Of a DNA stretch of 64,000 nt, positions 28,239 through 50,189 are shown in pieces; the stretch's first letter is position 1; each line of letters opens with the position of its first letter. Where the stretch lies: NCBI GenBank assembly GCA_051294375.1, contig CM119266.1, positions 15,058,835 through 15,122,834 on the forward strand, given 5' to 3'. Both the position numbers and the translations under genes were made by a program. The notes beneath the pieces were generated by a model. It had not been told where the DNA came from, ran no database searches, and saw nothing but the letters and a program-made list of their open reading frames with translations. This stretch comes from Paraspadella gotoi. Its lineage: Eukaryota; Animalia; Chaetognatha.

Positions 28239-31200
28239 TTTTTTTTGCACGCCCCGGTTGATATATCTTGGCCGAGATATGTTTACAATGTCGCTTTTCG
28301 CCTTGAGGTGTTGAACTTAAAGGGTTGCGGTAAGGGGCGAAGCGAAGCCGTCGCCTCCTAGGAACAAAAAAAAAANNNNNNNNNNNNNNNNNNNNNNNNN
28401 NNNNNNNNNNNNNNNNNNNNNNNNNNNNNNNNNNNNNNNNNNNNNNNNNNNNNNNNNNNNNNNNNNNNNNNNNNNNNNNNNNNNNNNNNNNNNNNNNNNN
28501 NNNNNNTTATTAACCCCCTAGGAGAATTCATTGCGCGTTTTGAAACAAAAAAAGGGATAAGAGGCGATTAAAGTATAGTACGTCACAAATATCGGGATTT
28601 GAAAAAGTAGAAATGGATTAGAGAGAGTTTAGAGTATTGTAAATTTGACGCATTTAGTTGTTCATTAAAGTTTAGAAATATAGTTAATACATTTACTACC
28701 CAAATGACATAATAGGAATAATGATTCGTTTAATTTCCCTTCTCTGAAATTCATACTTCGTCGCCTCCGCTTATCACTCGCCTGAAAAATGACTCACAGT
28801 CTCTTTCCAAAAAAAAAGTGAAAATCGATGCGATGATAACGAAAAGAGATGATAAAAGAAGGAAATCGGGGGGAGGGCGNNNNNNNNNNNNNNNNNNNNN
28901 NNNNNNNNNNNNNNNNNNNNNNNNNNNNNNNNNNNNNNNNNNNNNNNNNNNNNNNNNNNNNNNNNNNNNNNNNNNNNNNNNNNNNNNNNNNNNNNNNNNN
29001 NNNNNNNNNNNNNNNNNNNNNNNNNNNNNNNNNNNNNNNNNNNNNNNNNNNNNNNNNNNNNNNNNNNNNNNNNNTCTCTGAGTCTCTCTGTGCCAAAGTC
29101 CTGACACCTACCGACGTAGTAAAAACAAGAGACAATCGGAATGCGCTTTCGTTTGTTCGCGACAGAGGGCGAATGATATTTCCCGGTTTTTTAACGATGA
29201 TGGTGAGAAAGATAAGAAGAAGGACGGTGGACACTTGGTGGTGGGGTAGGGTCTGTGAAAGCAAGGTCTGTTAAGGAATTGATTCTAATTAAGCAATAAA
29301 CCAAATTGTCTCACATCCTCAAGCGACCTCTTAAAAACTCTGAGAGAAGAAAAGACATCGCTCTTCGGATCGAGACATCGAGAAAAAAAAATGAAATTAT
29401 GAAAACACAATTCGAAATGATAAAAATGCGTGCTAAGAATTTAGGAGGAAAAAAAATTACTAAGACGAAGAAAAAATAAATGGAAATTGGAAAATAAAAT
29501 CTTCGATATACGAATTTAATTTTCTAAAACTTTTTTTTTTCTTCTCGTGAGTAATGTTCCTAAAATATTTTTTTTATGTGCGTTTTAATTCTCAAAAAAC
29601 CTTTTTTTCCTCCTCGGCGCGTACATTTTTTTTAATTTTTCACAACTAAAAAATCAATTTCGGTTTATTTTGGCCCCGAGTTTTGGTCAAAGTGTAGGCC
29701 GTTTCTCTTTGATCGTATTTCTCCTAATCTTCTGCTTTATTTATTTTCATTAATCTCGGCAAANNNNNNNNNNNNNNNNNNNNNNNNNNNNNNNNNNNNN
29801 NNNNNNNNNNNNNNNNNNNNNNNNNNNNNNNNNNNNNNNNNNNNNNNNNNNNNNNNNNNNNNNNNNNNNNNNNNNNNNNNNNNNNNNNNNNNNNNNNNNN
29901 NNNNNNNNNNNNNNNNNNNNNNNNNNNNNNNNNNNNNNNNNNNNNNNNNNNNNNNNNNNNNNNNNNNNNNNNNNNNNNNNNNNNNNNNNNNNNNNNNNNN
30001 NNNNNNNNNNNNNNNNNNNNNNNNNNNNNNNNNNNNNNNNNNNNNNNNNNNNNNNNNNNNNNNNNNNNNNNNNNNNNNNNNNNNNNNNNNNNNNNNNNNN
30101 NNNNNNNNNNNNNNNNNNNNNNNNNNNNNNNNNNNNNNNNNNNNNNNNNNTCGGTGATAATGAAGAGAAATTTTGGGATCTAAGTTTACGCAGCCGCTTT
30201 AATTGTTGGTTTATTGACATTCACATTTTCCCAATCACAGTCGCCTTCACTTCTCTCACTTCAATTTTCTTATCAGATTTTTTTTTTCAATTAAACAATT
30301 TTCGTTCGCCAAAAAAATAACTCGCGAAGTTCCTTTCTCTTTTCAGCGAAGAAAAAAAATAATAACCGAAATACAAAAAAAGATCGATGATATAAACCGA
30401 ATCAATATTAAATTAATATATTCTGAACATTTTTTAACGGTGATTAATTCCATTTCCTCTTGGCGCTAAATTGAGGTCGTTCTAAGTCTAAATATTTTCT
30501 TAAAACCGGTTTTTATCGAATATTTTTTTTCGCCGATAAAATTAGCCTTTGTTCCGCTTATAAATATTTAATTCTCTTCATTTCTCTCGTTTCACAGAAA
30601 AACCTTGAAGTCGTCGGATCCCGAAACGAACATAAAGCGGCGATGATCCTTATCATGATCGCGTCCTGATCGCCGGCAGCCTTCGCCGCAGCCGCCGCCG
30701 CCTTCGCCGCCGTCCCCCCTCCGAAACCAATCCCGGAGGGGCGGCCCGACCCATTCTCCCTCCCTTTCCCCTTAATTTCCGGCATTCCCTTACCAAGCAA
30801 CCAAACCTGATGTAGCGAAGGAGAAAAGCTCGCTCTTAGCAGACGCTCTTTGATATTACGGGTACATTCGTCATCGTGTCTTGGTAAGTTCGGAGGATGG
30901 GAAAAGGGGGGGTGAGAGATGAGCGACCGTTGACATGACGAATGCGGCGTGTTAAGAAACATGTTTGCTTTATCTTTAAACATTTGATCGAAACAATCCC
31001 AATTTTAATCCATTTCTCTCTTTCTCTCCCTCTTTATATTTTCAGCTAACGACTGGGATTTTTTTTTGACTTCGCTTCATCTTTATGTTCGACTAAAGAT
31101 TAAAAAATAATAAAAGATTCAACAAGCCTCTTTATATAAAAACCGGGAACAAACAATAAACCTGCAATTCTTTTTATTTCTCCGAAACGCTACGACTTCA

Positions 31201-31733
31201 TAAGACGAAAAAAAAAGTAACCAAAACTGAACATTTTTTTTTAGGAATAATAAAAATCCTGATTCAAACGTTTCTTCCGTATAACGTTCCCTCTCCTCTC
31301 ATCTATCGTCCGCCTCTCTCCTTCTCTTCCCCCTTCCTCTTGATCATCTCTCATCATCTCATCTTCTCTCGTCTTCTCTCTCTCTCTCTCTCTCCCGGAT
31401 TCCGTTTTTCTTTTTTTTTTACGCACGAATCTAATTACCGGACACAATGTTACACCAAAGCGAAACCAGAAAAAAAATCATGCTTGGGTATTTGCGTATG
31501 CTTGAACAAAAAACCGAATCAACGCCATCTACTTCAAACGACATCATCATCATCACCTTTTCCGCCGCCGCCGTCGCCGCCGCCGCCGCCGCCTCCGTCT
31601 TTTCGATCGCCGTTCATCCCACTTTCCTTCATATCGCCGCCTCCGGATGCTCGATGCCGATTTTCCGGCCGCCGTCTTCGTCGTCTTCGTCGTCGCCGTC
31701 GTCGGCATGATCGCCTAGACCGACGCCGAGACG

Positions 31734-39511
<7,778 letters not shown>

Positions 39512-39847
39512 GTCAGTCACGCATTTCGAAATCTCCTTTTAACCAGTTTTTTTTTTCTCGTTAAATCCGTCATTTTTTTTTATCGAGAAAGGAAAGCATT
39601 GTTTTTGCGTGATTTTTTGGGTGAGTGTCAATGGCGGTTGTATTGTTCCGTGTTGATTCTGACTTTGAAAAGTTGTTTGTGAAATTTGCTCCGGTATTGA
39701 GTCATCATTTATCGTTCATCCCGTTTCAGCCTTCACACAGTCTTTACGTTTCTGTTTTAAACTTCGGAATTCTGCATCTTTCTTTCGTCCATTTTTTTAC
39801 GTGAATCTCCTGTTTAACAGTTTCAGTCACTCGCCTCGTCTCCGTGC

Positions 39848-39906
39848 TCGCATCTGTTAGCATCGTGCTGTACGCATCTGTTAGCATCGTGCTGTACGCA
39901 TCTGTC
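39848..39906. repeat. 24-bp tandem repeat, ~2.5 copies (GCATCTGTTAGCATCGTGCTGTAC)
   Basis: Directly visible; a noisy mirror lies at ~15755-15812. Confidence 0.85.
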
Positions 39907-40318
39907 GGGCCGTCGGTTCTGTTTTGAAGGCGAAAGGAAAAAAAAATGTTAAGTTTTCCTTTTACTAAACCTTGACTTTGCTGTTTGAGAGAGGCTGAGA
40001 GGTAGGGAGGAGAAGAAGGAAAAGAAGGAGCAAATATGAGAAAAATTAAATGGATAAATGATAATAATAACAATAATAAGAAGAGAAAAAAAAAAGGAAA
40101 AGGATGATTAGAGAAAAAAATAAAAAAGGGAAAGAAATGGAATAGAAAAAAGAAAAAAAAAAGAAAGGAAAGGGAAAGCTAAAGAGGATGAGGAAGGGGA
40201 GGGGAAAGCGCCGAGGAGGGGCATCGTAAAAAGCGACTCCGCTCAGCCATTTTTTGGAAGCGCGTGAAGGAAAAAAAGTAATTAGGCGCCGCTTCTTTTT
40301 GCCAGAGAGAGAGAGAAG

Positions 40319-40385
<67 letters not shown>

Positions 40386-42318
40386 TGAGAGTGAGAGAGT
40401 GAGAGAGATTTCTTCCTAAAAAGTGATGGGGGGGGTAAAGCGAAAAAGGATTAAAGTCCTAGAACTCTGATAAAAAAAGAGAAAAAGAATAGAAAGAGAG
40501 AGAGAGAGAGAGAGAAAGACGACGAAATTCGAGAGTGAAGCTGCAATTTTTGCAATTTTTCGCAATTTCTCTCTTCAATTTTTTTTCATTCGTCGACGAC
40601 GACGACGAAGGAGGGTTAACGCGAAATTCAATCATCGGTTTGTAATTTTTTTATTCGACTTTTTCCTTTTCGCGCGCGAGCGTTTCTGTGTGTGAGTTTC
40701 GGCGAGAGTCTGTGTGTGGGTGTGTATGCGTGAAAAGAACGGGAATCGTTATCCGTCCTTGCGTTCGTTAGTAACGGCGTCGACGTCGTCGCCATCGTCG
40801 TCGCCATCGTCGTCGTCGTCGTCGTCGTTCCCGCTTTCACTGTTGATGTCTTATCGTTTGTTTATTCTCGTCGAGTGATCACTGCCGCGACTGTTGGCCA
40901 ATTTTCGTTGTCGTTACAACTTATCATCGCTGTCGGTGTTCCGGTAATGTCCTGCTTGTCCTCGTTGTCCTCGTTGTCCTCTTTGTCTTGTCGCAACTCG
41001 CGCAACCAAAACAAAAAGGGAAAATGAAAAGGAAAACAAATTTTGATGGAAAAACTAAATCGCGAATCCAAACCGAAAAAACGCAAATTTAAAAAAAAAA
41101 AAAGGAGAAAACGAGAGAAAATAGAAAAAGAAAAAGAGAAAGAAAGAAAATGAGGAAAAAGGAAAAGTAGGTCAGATCCGTCGACTTAATCGAATCCGAG
41201 ACTACAATTTTTATTTCACTCTCTATCTCTTTCGGCTTTCAAAACCGAAACGAACTCCGCCACCATCACCACCATCACCATCACCACCCTCACCACCACA
41301 ACAACCACCACCGCCAGAATTAGGAAAGAAAGGAAAACTCCGGCGCCGAAGCGGTGGCCATAATTCTTTATTCGATGTGGCGTTACGCCCGTGGCGCGCT
41401 TCGTTTTTAGCGGCTAACGGCGGCATGACGTCAACCCGCGCGTTTAACGTCAAACGCACATGTGGCGTACAAGGGCCCGGCGTTACGAGAGATTAAGAGG
41501 TCGCGATTTCGTCGCGTCGCTGTCCAATTTTCGAGGCGTCAGCTCCTCTTTCGTCGTTGTCCTCGTTGTCGTCGTCGTCGTCGTTGTCGTCGTCGTTCCC
41601 CAGAGACGGCGTTAATTTTTCCCCCGAACCACGATTTAAAGTCTGCTTCGAAAATATGTCGGCGAACTGATAGTTCGGGCAAAGAGTTCCGGCGGAGCAG
41701 TATTTATGGTAGGTGCACAGAGCCGCGCGGCTCGACCTGTGTGATGCGAGGTCGTACTCTACTATCTGAATGCGTGTGCTCGGAAGTTACGGTACGAGTT
41801 CCGTTGTCACGTTCGAGTCTTCGTCCGTAGAGTTACTGATCGCTCTTTCACCTTCGGCTTAATATCGGGGCTCATCACGTTCATCGCGGAAGGTTTAGGT
41901 GTATTTGCGTTGCAGATGATGAGGGGCGCGTAATAGGATGCGAGGCGCCTTACGCGGTCGCGAGTTGTTATGTCAGTTTACATCAGTCTATGTGTCTCTC
42001 CGCGGATCGTAAGTTCCATAGGTGTTCCACCGCTCTCGCCCTGTCTTCTTCCCCTCTCTCTCTCTTCTTCTCTCTCTCCTCTCTCTCTCTTTCCCTCTCC
42101 TCTCTCGCATTCGCACACAAGTCTATGCCTAAAAACTGCAACTGCAAAACTCTCCCGTTTGTTTATTCTTACGCGTGGAAGAAGATTCCTGCTTTGGATT
42201 TTACGAGACGAATGGATCAATAAGAAGTTCGGTTGAGGCATTTCCAAAAATGGTGGGGGGGGCGTGAAGAAGGCGGCGCCAATATCGGAACCGGAAAAAC
42301 AAACGGAACAATGGTTAA

Positions 42319-42413
<95 letters not shown>

Positions 42414-43392
42414 GAAGCGCCGGAAGGCAAGGTTAGCCTCGATAAAGAAGCAAGAAAAATCGAATTTATTTCTTGTAAAGACGTTTCTGGTTTTATCTTT
42501 ATGATTATGAAAATAGCGATCGAGCGAAGATGCTTCGGGTGTATTCTACCCTTGCTCGTGTAATCGTTCTCTCTCCTCTCTCTTCTCTCTCTCTCCTCTT
42601 CTCTCTCTCTCTCTCTCTCTCTTCATCTCTCTCTTCTCTCTCTCCTTCTCTCTCTCTCTCCTCGGTCGTTATGTCGGGGTTAATGCGCGTTTCCTTCGCC
42701 ATTTACAAAATTTTCTCATTTTTTAAGTTTCTTAGTTTCTTCATTCATTGAAGCGTTTTATCTTTGCCGCGGGAGTTTTCCCTGCCTCTCCCCCTTTTCC
42801 CCTTTTCGTTCTTTCCTCCACTCACCCTCTTCTCTTCCTCCTTCTTTCACCCTCGTTCACGTTTTCCCTTCCTTCACACCTCCGGTGAAATTGGGTTAAG
42901 TTAAGAACTAATGAGGCGAGTGAATTCTAGCACATTACAGTTTGATGCCCGATTTCTTTACTCATCAAGACTCACTAGCTGGTCTCGGGTTCATTTCGAG
43001 GCACTCTCTCTCTCTCTCTTTCTTTCTTTCTCTCACTCACACACATTCCCCTTCCTTTTCCACAAACATTATTGGTTCCCAATCGTGTTGACTCACCCAC
43101 AGCCCGCTCTCTCGAAATCACGACCCGCCCTCTCTCCTCCCCACTCCCAGCCCCGCGCTGCCTACTTTTCTTTCCTCCTCCCATCCTCTTCTTCCTCCCC
43201 TTTCCTCCCTTTCCTTTTAATTTTTTTTTTTTTTCCAAAATCCCTTTTCCCAGTTTCCTTTATATTCTGCCTCGTCAGCGTCGGTCTTACAGGCGGTCAT
43301 TAGCGTTTTAATCACCCCCTCCGCCCCTTTTTCTCCGTTTTCTTCGGCCCCCAAGGGATCAGAGTCTCTCTCTCTCTCTCTTTCATCTCCTC

Positions 43393-43427
<35 letters not shown>

Positions 43428-43805
43428 TTCTCTCTCTTCTCTCTCTCTCTCTTCTTTCTCTCACTCTCTCTCTCTCTCTCTCTTTTTTTTCTCCGCACAG
43501 CCTAGAGAAAAAGCAGAGCCTTGATGATTTTTATCCCGTCATGCCTTTGCCAAAGTGAGTTTTCTTTAGAAAAAAACATTAGAAAGTTTTTCTCTTTTAC
43601 TATTCTTAAATTTCATCATATTCAAAAGTTTAAGACAATAAAAAATAACATAAATATGTTTTTTTTTAAAAACTAATTTACTCTATTCCACGCGTGCATC
43701 ATATCTTGGCATCCCACCCGCGGAGAATTGCTCATCGTTAAGCTTCTTTTCGCCGGTTTTTTCTCTTCCGCGCTCTGTCTTATCTCCATCTTTCTCTCTC
43801 TCTCG

Positions 43806-43898
<93 letters not shown>

Positions 43899-46391
43899 CG
43901 CCCCCGCGCTAATTCAAATTTTGACAGATTTAGAGCAAAAGAAATATGTTAGCGTCGTAAACGTAGAGGAAGGAAAAAAATGAATCGGGAAAAAACGTAA
44001 GGATGGAGAACGGGTGTTTCCTGAGCTTTTTATTTTTCATATTTCTATTGTTTCTCATTCGTTTTTTTTTTTGTTCTTTTTTTTTCTCTAATATTTATCT
44101 CACCTATGTTGTTTTTGTTTTTGTTTCATCTCCCTATAAATTGTTTTAATCTACTTTCGTTTTTCCTAAAATTATCGTTCTTCCTCCACCCACTCCCTAC
44201 TCTTTTTCTTTCCCTTCCTCCCTCATCTTTCCTCCCTTTCCTCCGACGATCCTCATAAGGAGGCCCATGATCACCGAGATTCACCCCACGGGCCCTCGCG
44301 CCGACGAAGGGTTGTAACCCTACTTCCCCGCGTTTTCCCCCGTCAATGGCGTTACGCTTCGAAGATTTTGGATTTTTTCCTAATTTTCGCGATTAGACCG
44401 AAAAACTGAAATATCTCTTCTTTTCTTTCTTTTTTGGAGAGAGACAGAGAGAGGGAACAGATCGACAGAGACAGAGGTCGTGACAGGAAAAGAGATTGTC
44501 CCGGTTCGTCGCCTTCTCAACTTTCACCTCGAAAATTGTTTTCAGCAAAACCCTACCCCCATCTTGAGTCGGTTGTCGATAGTTCCTTACCAAAGTCTCT
44601 CCTATTCTTCACCCAATTCTCTCACAAATAACTAACTTTCCTTCTGCCTCTTCCTCCACCTTCCTTCTTGCCTCACCCTTCCGCAACGCCCATCGCCTCA
44701 GGTTTTTTGAACATGTCAAGAATAGCTGACAATTTAAGAAAACCATTTTTTTTTCTTTCTCTCTTTTTCTTTATTTTTCGGTAAACAAGGGAATCTGCAG
44801 GGGCCTCGAGACTTTTTTTTCTCTTCTCTTAACTTCTTATTCTACTCTCTCCTTTTCTCATTTTTATTTTTTCCTCTCTCTCCTTTTGTTCTTTCCTGCG
44901 TTTCCTCCGTTCCCCCCACCCTTCTTCCTTTCTTCTTTGGTTGTATCTGACAGCCAAGTTTTCAATTTTCCGCAATTTTTTTTCGCCGAAATCAAGATTT
45001 TGCGCTAAAAAAAGGAGGAAAGGAAAGAGAGAGGGCCGAGGTGAAAAGGAGGAAGGTGAAGGAGAGGCTTTGAAGCGAAGAGGGAGGGCCTCCACGGAAA
45101 AACTTTTTATTTTCGAAACGACTAAAAAAAAGTTTTGGGCGCGCGATAAGAGCTCAATTAAAATGAAGATAGCCTCCCTTTTTTTTTCGTCGTCGTCGTT
45201 GTTGTCGTTGTTTACATGTTATTGTCGTCTTCGTCTCGTTTCGTCGACATGGGGCTCATGCGGAGCAAAAACTCATCAGACGCGAAACTCTCTAATCCGA
45301 GCCAAGTTTTAACCGTTGCGCGACGGAGTTCGGTTACGACGACACAAAGAACAAAGAATTTTATTTATTTTACAGGAAGTTTATTGTTTATAAAGGAAAT
45401 TGTTTATGGAGGAAACTAATTTTAAATATAATGTCAATTTAGAATCATTCGACTCAAAGCAAAACCATTCTGTACAACCATCGAAACCTTTATTTTGTAA
45501 AGATCCAAAACTTTTGACATGTCTAAAAATAAAAAGAGGGGAAAAAAAAGTTAAAATGCAAATCGGTTTAAAAAAAAAAAAAGTCCTGTCGCGACAGTTT
45601 GACGCCGGCGACCGAAGCGGAAAAAAAAATCTTCGAGTCTGAGCTAAAAATTCATTGTTTGCATTTCGTAATTGAGCTTCCCGTTACAATATATGCAGCT
45701 GCGCGTAGCTTTTGTGTAGACATTGTACTCGTCAAACGGGTCGATATATGCCGGGGAAAAAAAGAGGGAGAGGGCGAGGATAGAGTGGGAGGTGAAGGAG
45801 GAAAGCGGAGAAGAGAATGAAAGGCTAAACGGAGAACAAAAGGAGAGAAAATTCGATATTTCCTTGAAAGAAAAAAAAAAATTAAGTGAAAAAGAATTTA
45901 GTTAACAAAGTTTGGGGGAATCGTTGTAGTAGTAGATTCTCGATGTTTTTCTTTTTTTATTTCTTGGACGTCGCGTGATGATCTCTCTAGTCCCGACTGC
46001 AATAAAACCCTCTCTCTCATCGAGACTATAAACGATTTCACATCTCGGACCAGCTTTATTCAAACTTCAATTCCTCCAGCTACATCACCATCAATTTCTT
46101 TAGTCATCACCAGTCAATCCTTCCTCGTCTCCGGGTTATGAAAAGAATAAATTCCATACGAAGACTTTTTTTTTTTCAATCGTTTTTCTTTTCGTTATTC
46201 TCCCTTCAGTTTCCTCTTTCTCCGCCTCTTTCTCTCATCAACTCGCTCTCGTTCCACTCCCTCTCTCTCCAACTCATCCCTCGTTTCTCCTTTAAAGAAA
46301 AAAAATGTTTTTCTTGTACCATCCTTTCTACAACTAGTCGTTTCCTCTCTCTCTCTCTCTCTCTCTCCTCTCCTTCTCTCTCCTCTCTCTC

Positions 46392-46434
<43 letters not shown>

Positions 46435-46655
46435 TTTCCCTTTCTTTTTCTTTCTCTGCCTCGTTTTCATTGTCGTGTGCGCTCTATTATGGCGTAAGAA
46501 GCCGGGAGGAAGGAAGAGAAGGGAATGAGCTGAAAATAGAAAAACAGAAAAAAAAAATATGAAGAAGAAGAAAAAGTTTTGTGTCGTCTCTTCGTAAATT
46601 TCTGCTCGTCGAACTGTTCCGGGCGAAAACTGAGAGATGAAGAGGGGGAAGAGAA

Positions 46656-46743
<88 letters not shown>

Positions 46744-47565
46744 CAGAGATTTTGCCTGAGTGGTGGATGGAAGATGATGTTGGCACCATAGGAGCTCATA
46801 GTGTTTCAAAATGGCCACTTTACAAGGACTTCCACATGCAGACGGACATTCTTTTACCTAAAATTACTAGAAATTCAGATTTTTCTTCCTAATTATCACT
46901 TTCCATTAATAAACCTTACGTGGAATTCGCTCAGATATTTATCTTCGTGGAATAATTGGGTCGCCGAATTGATCTCCCTACTTATCTGGTCTTACGGCCG
47001 ACCTCAACGCGGCAGCGCCGACGACGCCGCCACAATCGAGCGGCGAACGTGAAAGTTTTTGAGTTGTGAAAAATTTGGGTGAAAAACGAGAAATTATTTG
47101 TCGAACCAAAGAAAGAAATTGAAGAGGATGATGATGTCAGGATGATGATGATGATGATGATGATGATGTCAGGAACTGAGGAGATTGTTGTGCCCGATAG
47201 AGATACTCGACCCAGAAAAATCGGGGAAACAATAATGAGTGGTCCTCGCGAAGAAAATTGGTTGGTGCCAATCAATTTGATTGGTGAGGGAAGAAGATCT
47301 AGATTTGAAACTTTGGGAATCCTAGGAATATTTCGTCATACTATTTAAATCTGTTTACTAAGGAAATAACAAATAAAAGTAATTTTATTTTATTCTCTTT
47401 CACCCACCTACTCTCTCTCTCTCTCTGTCTCTCTCTCTCTCTGTGTCTCTCTCTCTCTTCTCTCAATCTTCTCTTCTCTCATCTTCTTCTCTCTCTTCCT
47501 CTCTCTTACTCTCTCTCTCTGCTCTTTCTCTTACTCTTCACTCTCTCTCCTTTCTCTCTCTCTCG

Positions 47566-47597
<32 letters not shown>

Positions 47598-49765
47598 TCT
47601 TCTCTCTTCCTTCGTTCCAGCTTGGTTTTTTATTTAATTGTAAGATTATAATTCATTTTTTCTCAGCCTGAGAGGGGGACCCGAGGGAACATTGGTTAGT
47701 AAATAGTAGGTCAGGTAGAGGGACTCAGAAAATGCGAGGTATTCCAAATGAGAGAATGGGATTACCACAGAAAAAAGCGGTCGGAGGGGGGAGAAAGAAG
47801 GGTTTTTTAAGAGGGATCGAGAGGGAGAGAGAGAAGAGAGAGAAGATGTGATAGTATGAGCAGAGAATATGAGCAAGAGAGAGAGAGAGAGGAGAGAGAG
47901 ATGGAGAATGATGAACGAAGAGAGAAGCCGCAAGTATGAATCATTTGTAATTTATATAGTTTTTAATTAGCAAAAAAAAGCTGACGACAAAACACAAACT
48001 TGCCAAATGCGACAAGATCGACGAACTGACGAAGACGACGACGACGACGAGACGACGCCAACGCCACCTGTAGAGAGCCTCTTCCCTCGGTTCCTCTTCT
48101 CTCTCCGTCGAACACAATGCGAAGCGCGGGGGAGGAAAGGGCGACGTCATCCCTGGACAAATATGATATTCCCCTTTAATTCTTTTTGTTTGTCGTGGAT
48201 GTAGTTTTTTTCTTTCTTTTTCTTTATTCTTTTTTTTTTCCTTGAAAATTCGTTCACCCTTAGCACCTTCCGTCTCTTCTTCCCGAGCCCCTCTTGGGGA
48301 GGAAAAGAAGGGGGGGAAGGCTGAGTGAAAAGAACTAATTATAAAGAGAGGCTTTGCTTTCTCCTCGCCCCCCTCCCCCTCACTCACCTTCTGTTATGGT
48401 TCCGGTTTAGCGAATATGAACGGACTTACCATCGTTCCTCATTGACAGATAAAAAATGAAAAAAGTTTAATCGGTCGTCCTCGTCTTTTTGCATTTTTTC
48501 TTTATACTAAATAATTTTTTTAAATTTTTTTTTATTTCTTTTCGCTTTCGCTTCCCGCCATCTAACTACCTTTTTTTTTAATTTTTCAAACCTATTTCTC
48601 TTCTCAACTTTTTTCAATTTTTTTTCTTCTCCCATCTTCTTCTCTCTGATTTGCTCGCCGCTTCGGTTTGTTCGTCCGGCTATCGTACCACACGTTCCCG
48701 TTCGCGACCACTCGACGGACTGGTTGGCCGCAGCCGGCTTTTGTCCCGACTTTCGAGACCGCCTTCCGTGATCACAGACAACCGCCTCCCCGTCCGACGT
48801 CTCTGCGTGTACCCGATTATCTCTCCGGCCGTCATTTTTTCGCCCCCGAACCCGGTTCAACATTTGAGGGTTCTGTCGTGCGTAACGTCGTCTTCGTCGT
48901 TGTCGTTATCATCGTCAAAACGGTCGTCGTCTTTAAAACAATATTCAGATACTCAATAAAAGAAAAAAACAAACAAGATATTGCTAAATCAAGACGTTCA
49001 TATGGCTCATTGTTACAAATCTTGCCATTAAGAGGGAATTAAAGTATTTAAATCTTTACTCAAATCCAAAGATTTTAGGTTTCCATCTTCCAGCGTCGCT
49101 TCGTCTACGAGGGGCGAGAAAAACGCCACGTTCCATCCAAAGGAGAAAAAAAAATTCCCCTTTTGAAAAAGTTAAAGATTTACACACTCGACCAAAAAAA
49201 AAAAAAAGCGAAAATTTAAAGAAAACTTGACGCGTTACTTTTTTTTTTAGTTTTCGATCTTTGACGCTTTTTTTTACCTTTTTTCACGGGCTTCAGTTTG
49301 GACAAACATTCTCTTTAGTTCTTTTGTGTTAGATAGAATAGAAAAAAGGATCGCTTTTTCTGTCAAGGTTAGATTTTAAAATTAATGAAATCTTTCAAAA
49401 CTGACCTCGACCTCTACAGCACCATCCCTCCAACGAAAACATCCCCATCTCCATCCCGTCCACCACCATCGTCATTCCTTCATACGTATCATTCTCGTAG
49501 TGTTGTTCTTTCCCCTTAAAAAATGTTGCGAAATCTTAAGGGGGTCCAAATTGTCTTTTGACTTCGTCCCTGCGTTGTCGAGAAGTTTAGCAACGGGCGA
49601 TTCAAAAAAAACATTTTGTTCCTAATGAAAAAAAAAAAAAAAGACATAAAGTCTGGCAGAAAAAGAGGCAGAGTTGCTTTGAGCACAAATAGAGGGGGTG
49701 TTAAAGACGCTTGATGAGTTAAGAATGAGAGAGGAAAAGAGAGAGAAGAGAGAGAGAGAGAGAGA

Positions 49766-49822
<57 letters not shown>

Positions 49823-50189
49823 TTCACTTGCGTGAAAAAGTGTCGTACAAAGTTCTGGCAAGAAGATTGAATGTTCGCAATTAATGGTACAGATGTCTGT
49901 GAGTTGGGTAAAATTTATATACATTATTAAGTTCTTAAGAAATCAGTCAAAACTCGCTGAACTATGTAAATATGTGAAGCGAGGGGAGAGAGAGTCATAC
50001 GAATGCGCGGCGAGGATGTGAAAAATAAGAAAAATTCCACTTTTTTCGGCTGAATTTTCTCTCTCGTTTCTCCTCGTCTCTCTCTGCCGTCTCTTGTCTT
50101 TCTCGTCTCTTCTCTCTCTCTCTCTCTCTCTCTTCTCGCTCTCCTCTCTCTCTCTCCTCTCTCTCCTCTCTCTCGAGTATACGTTCGTC

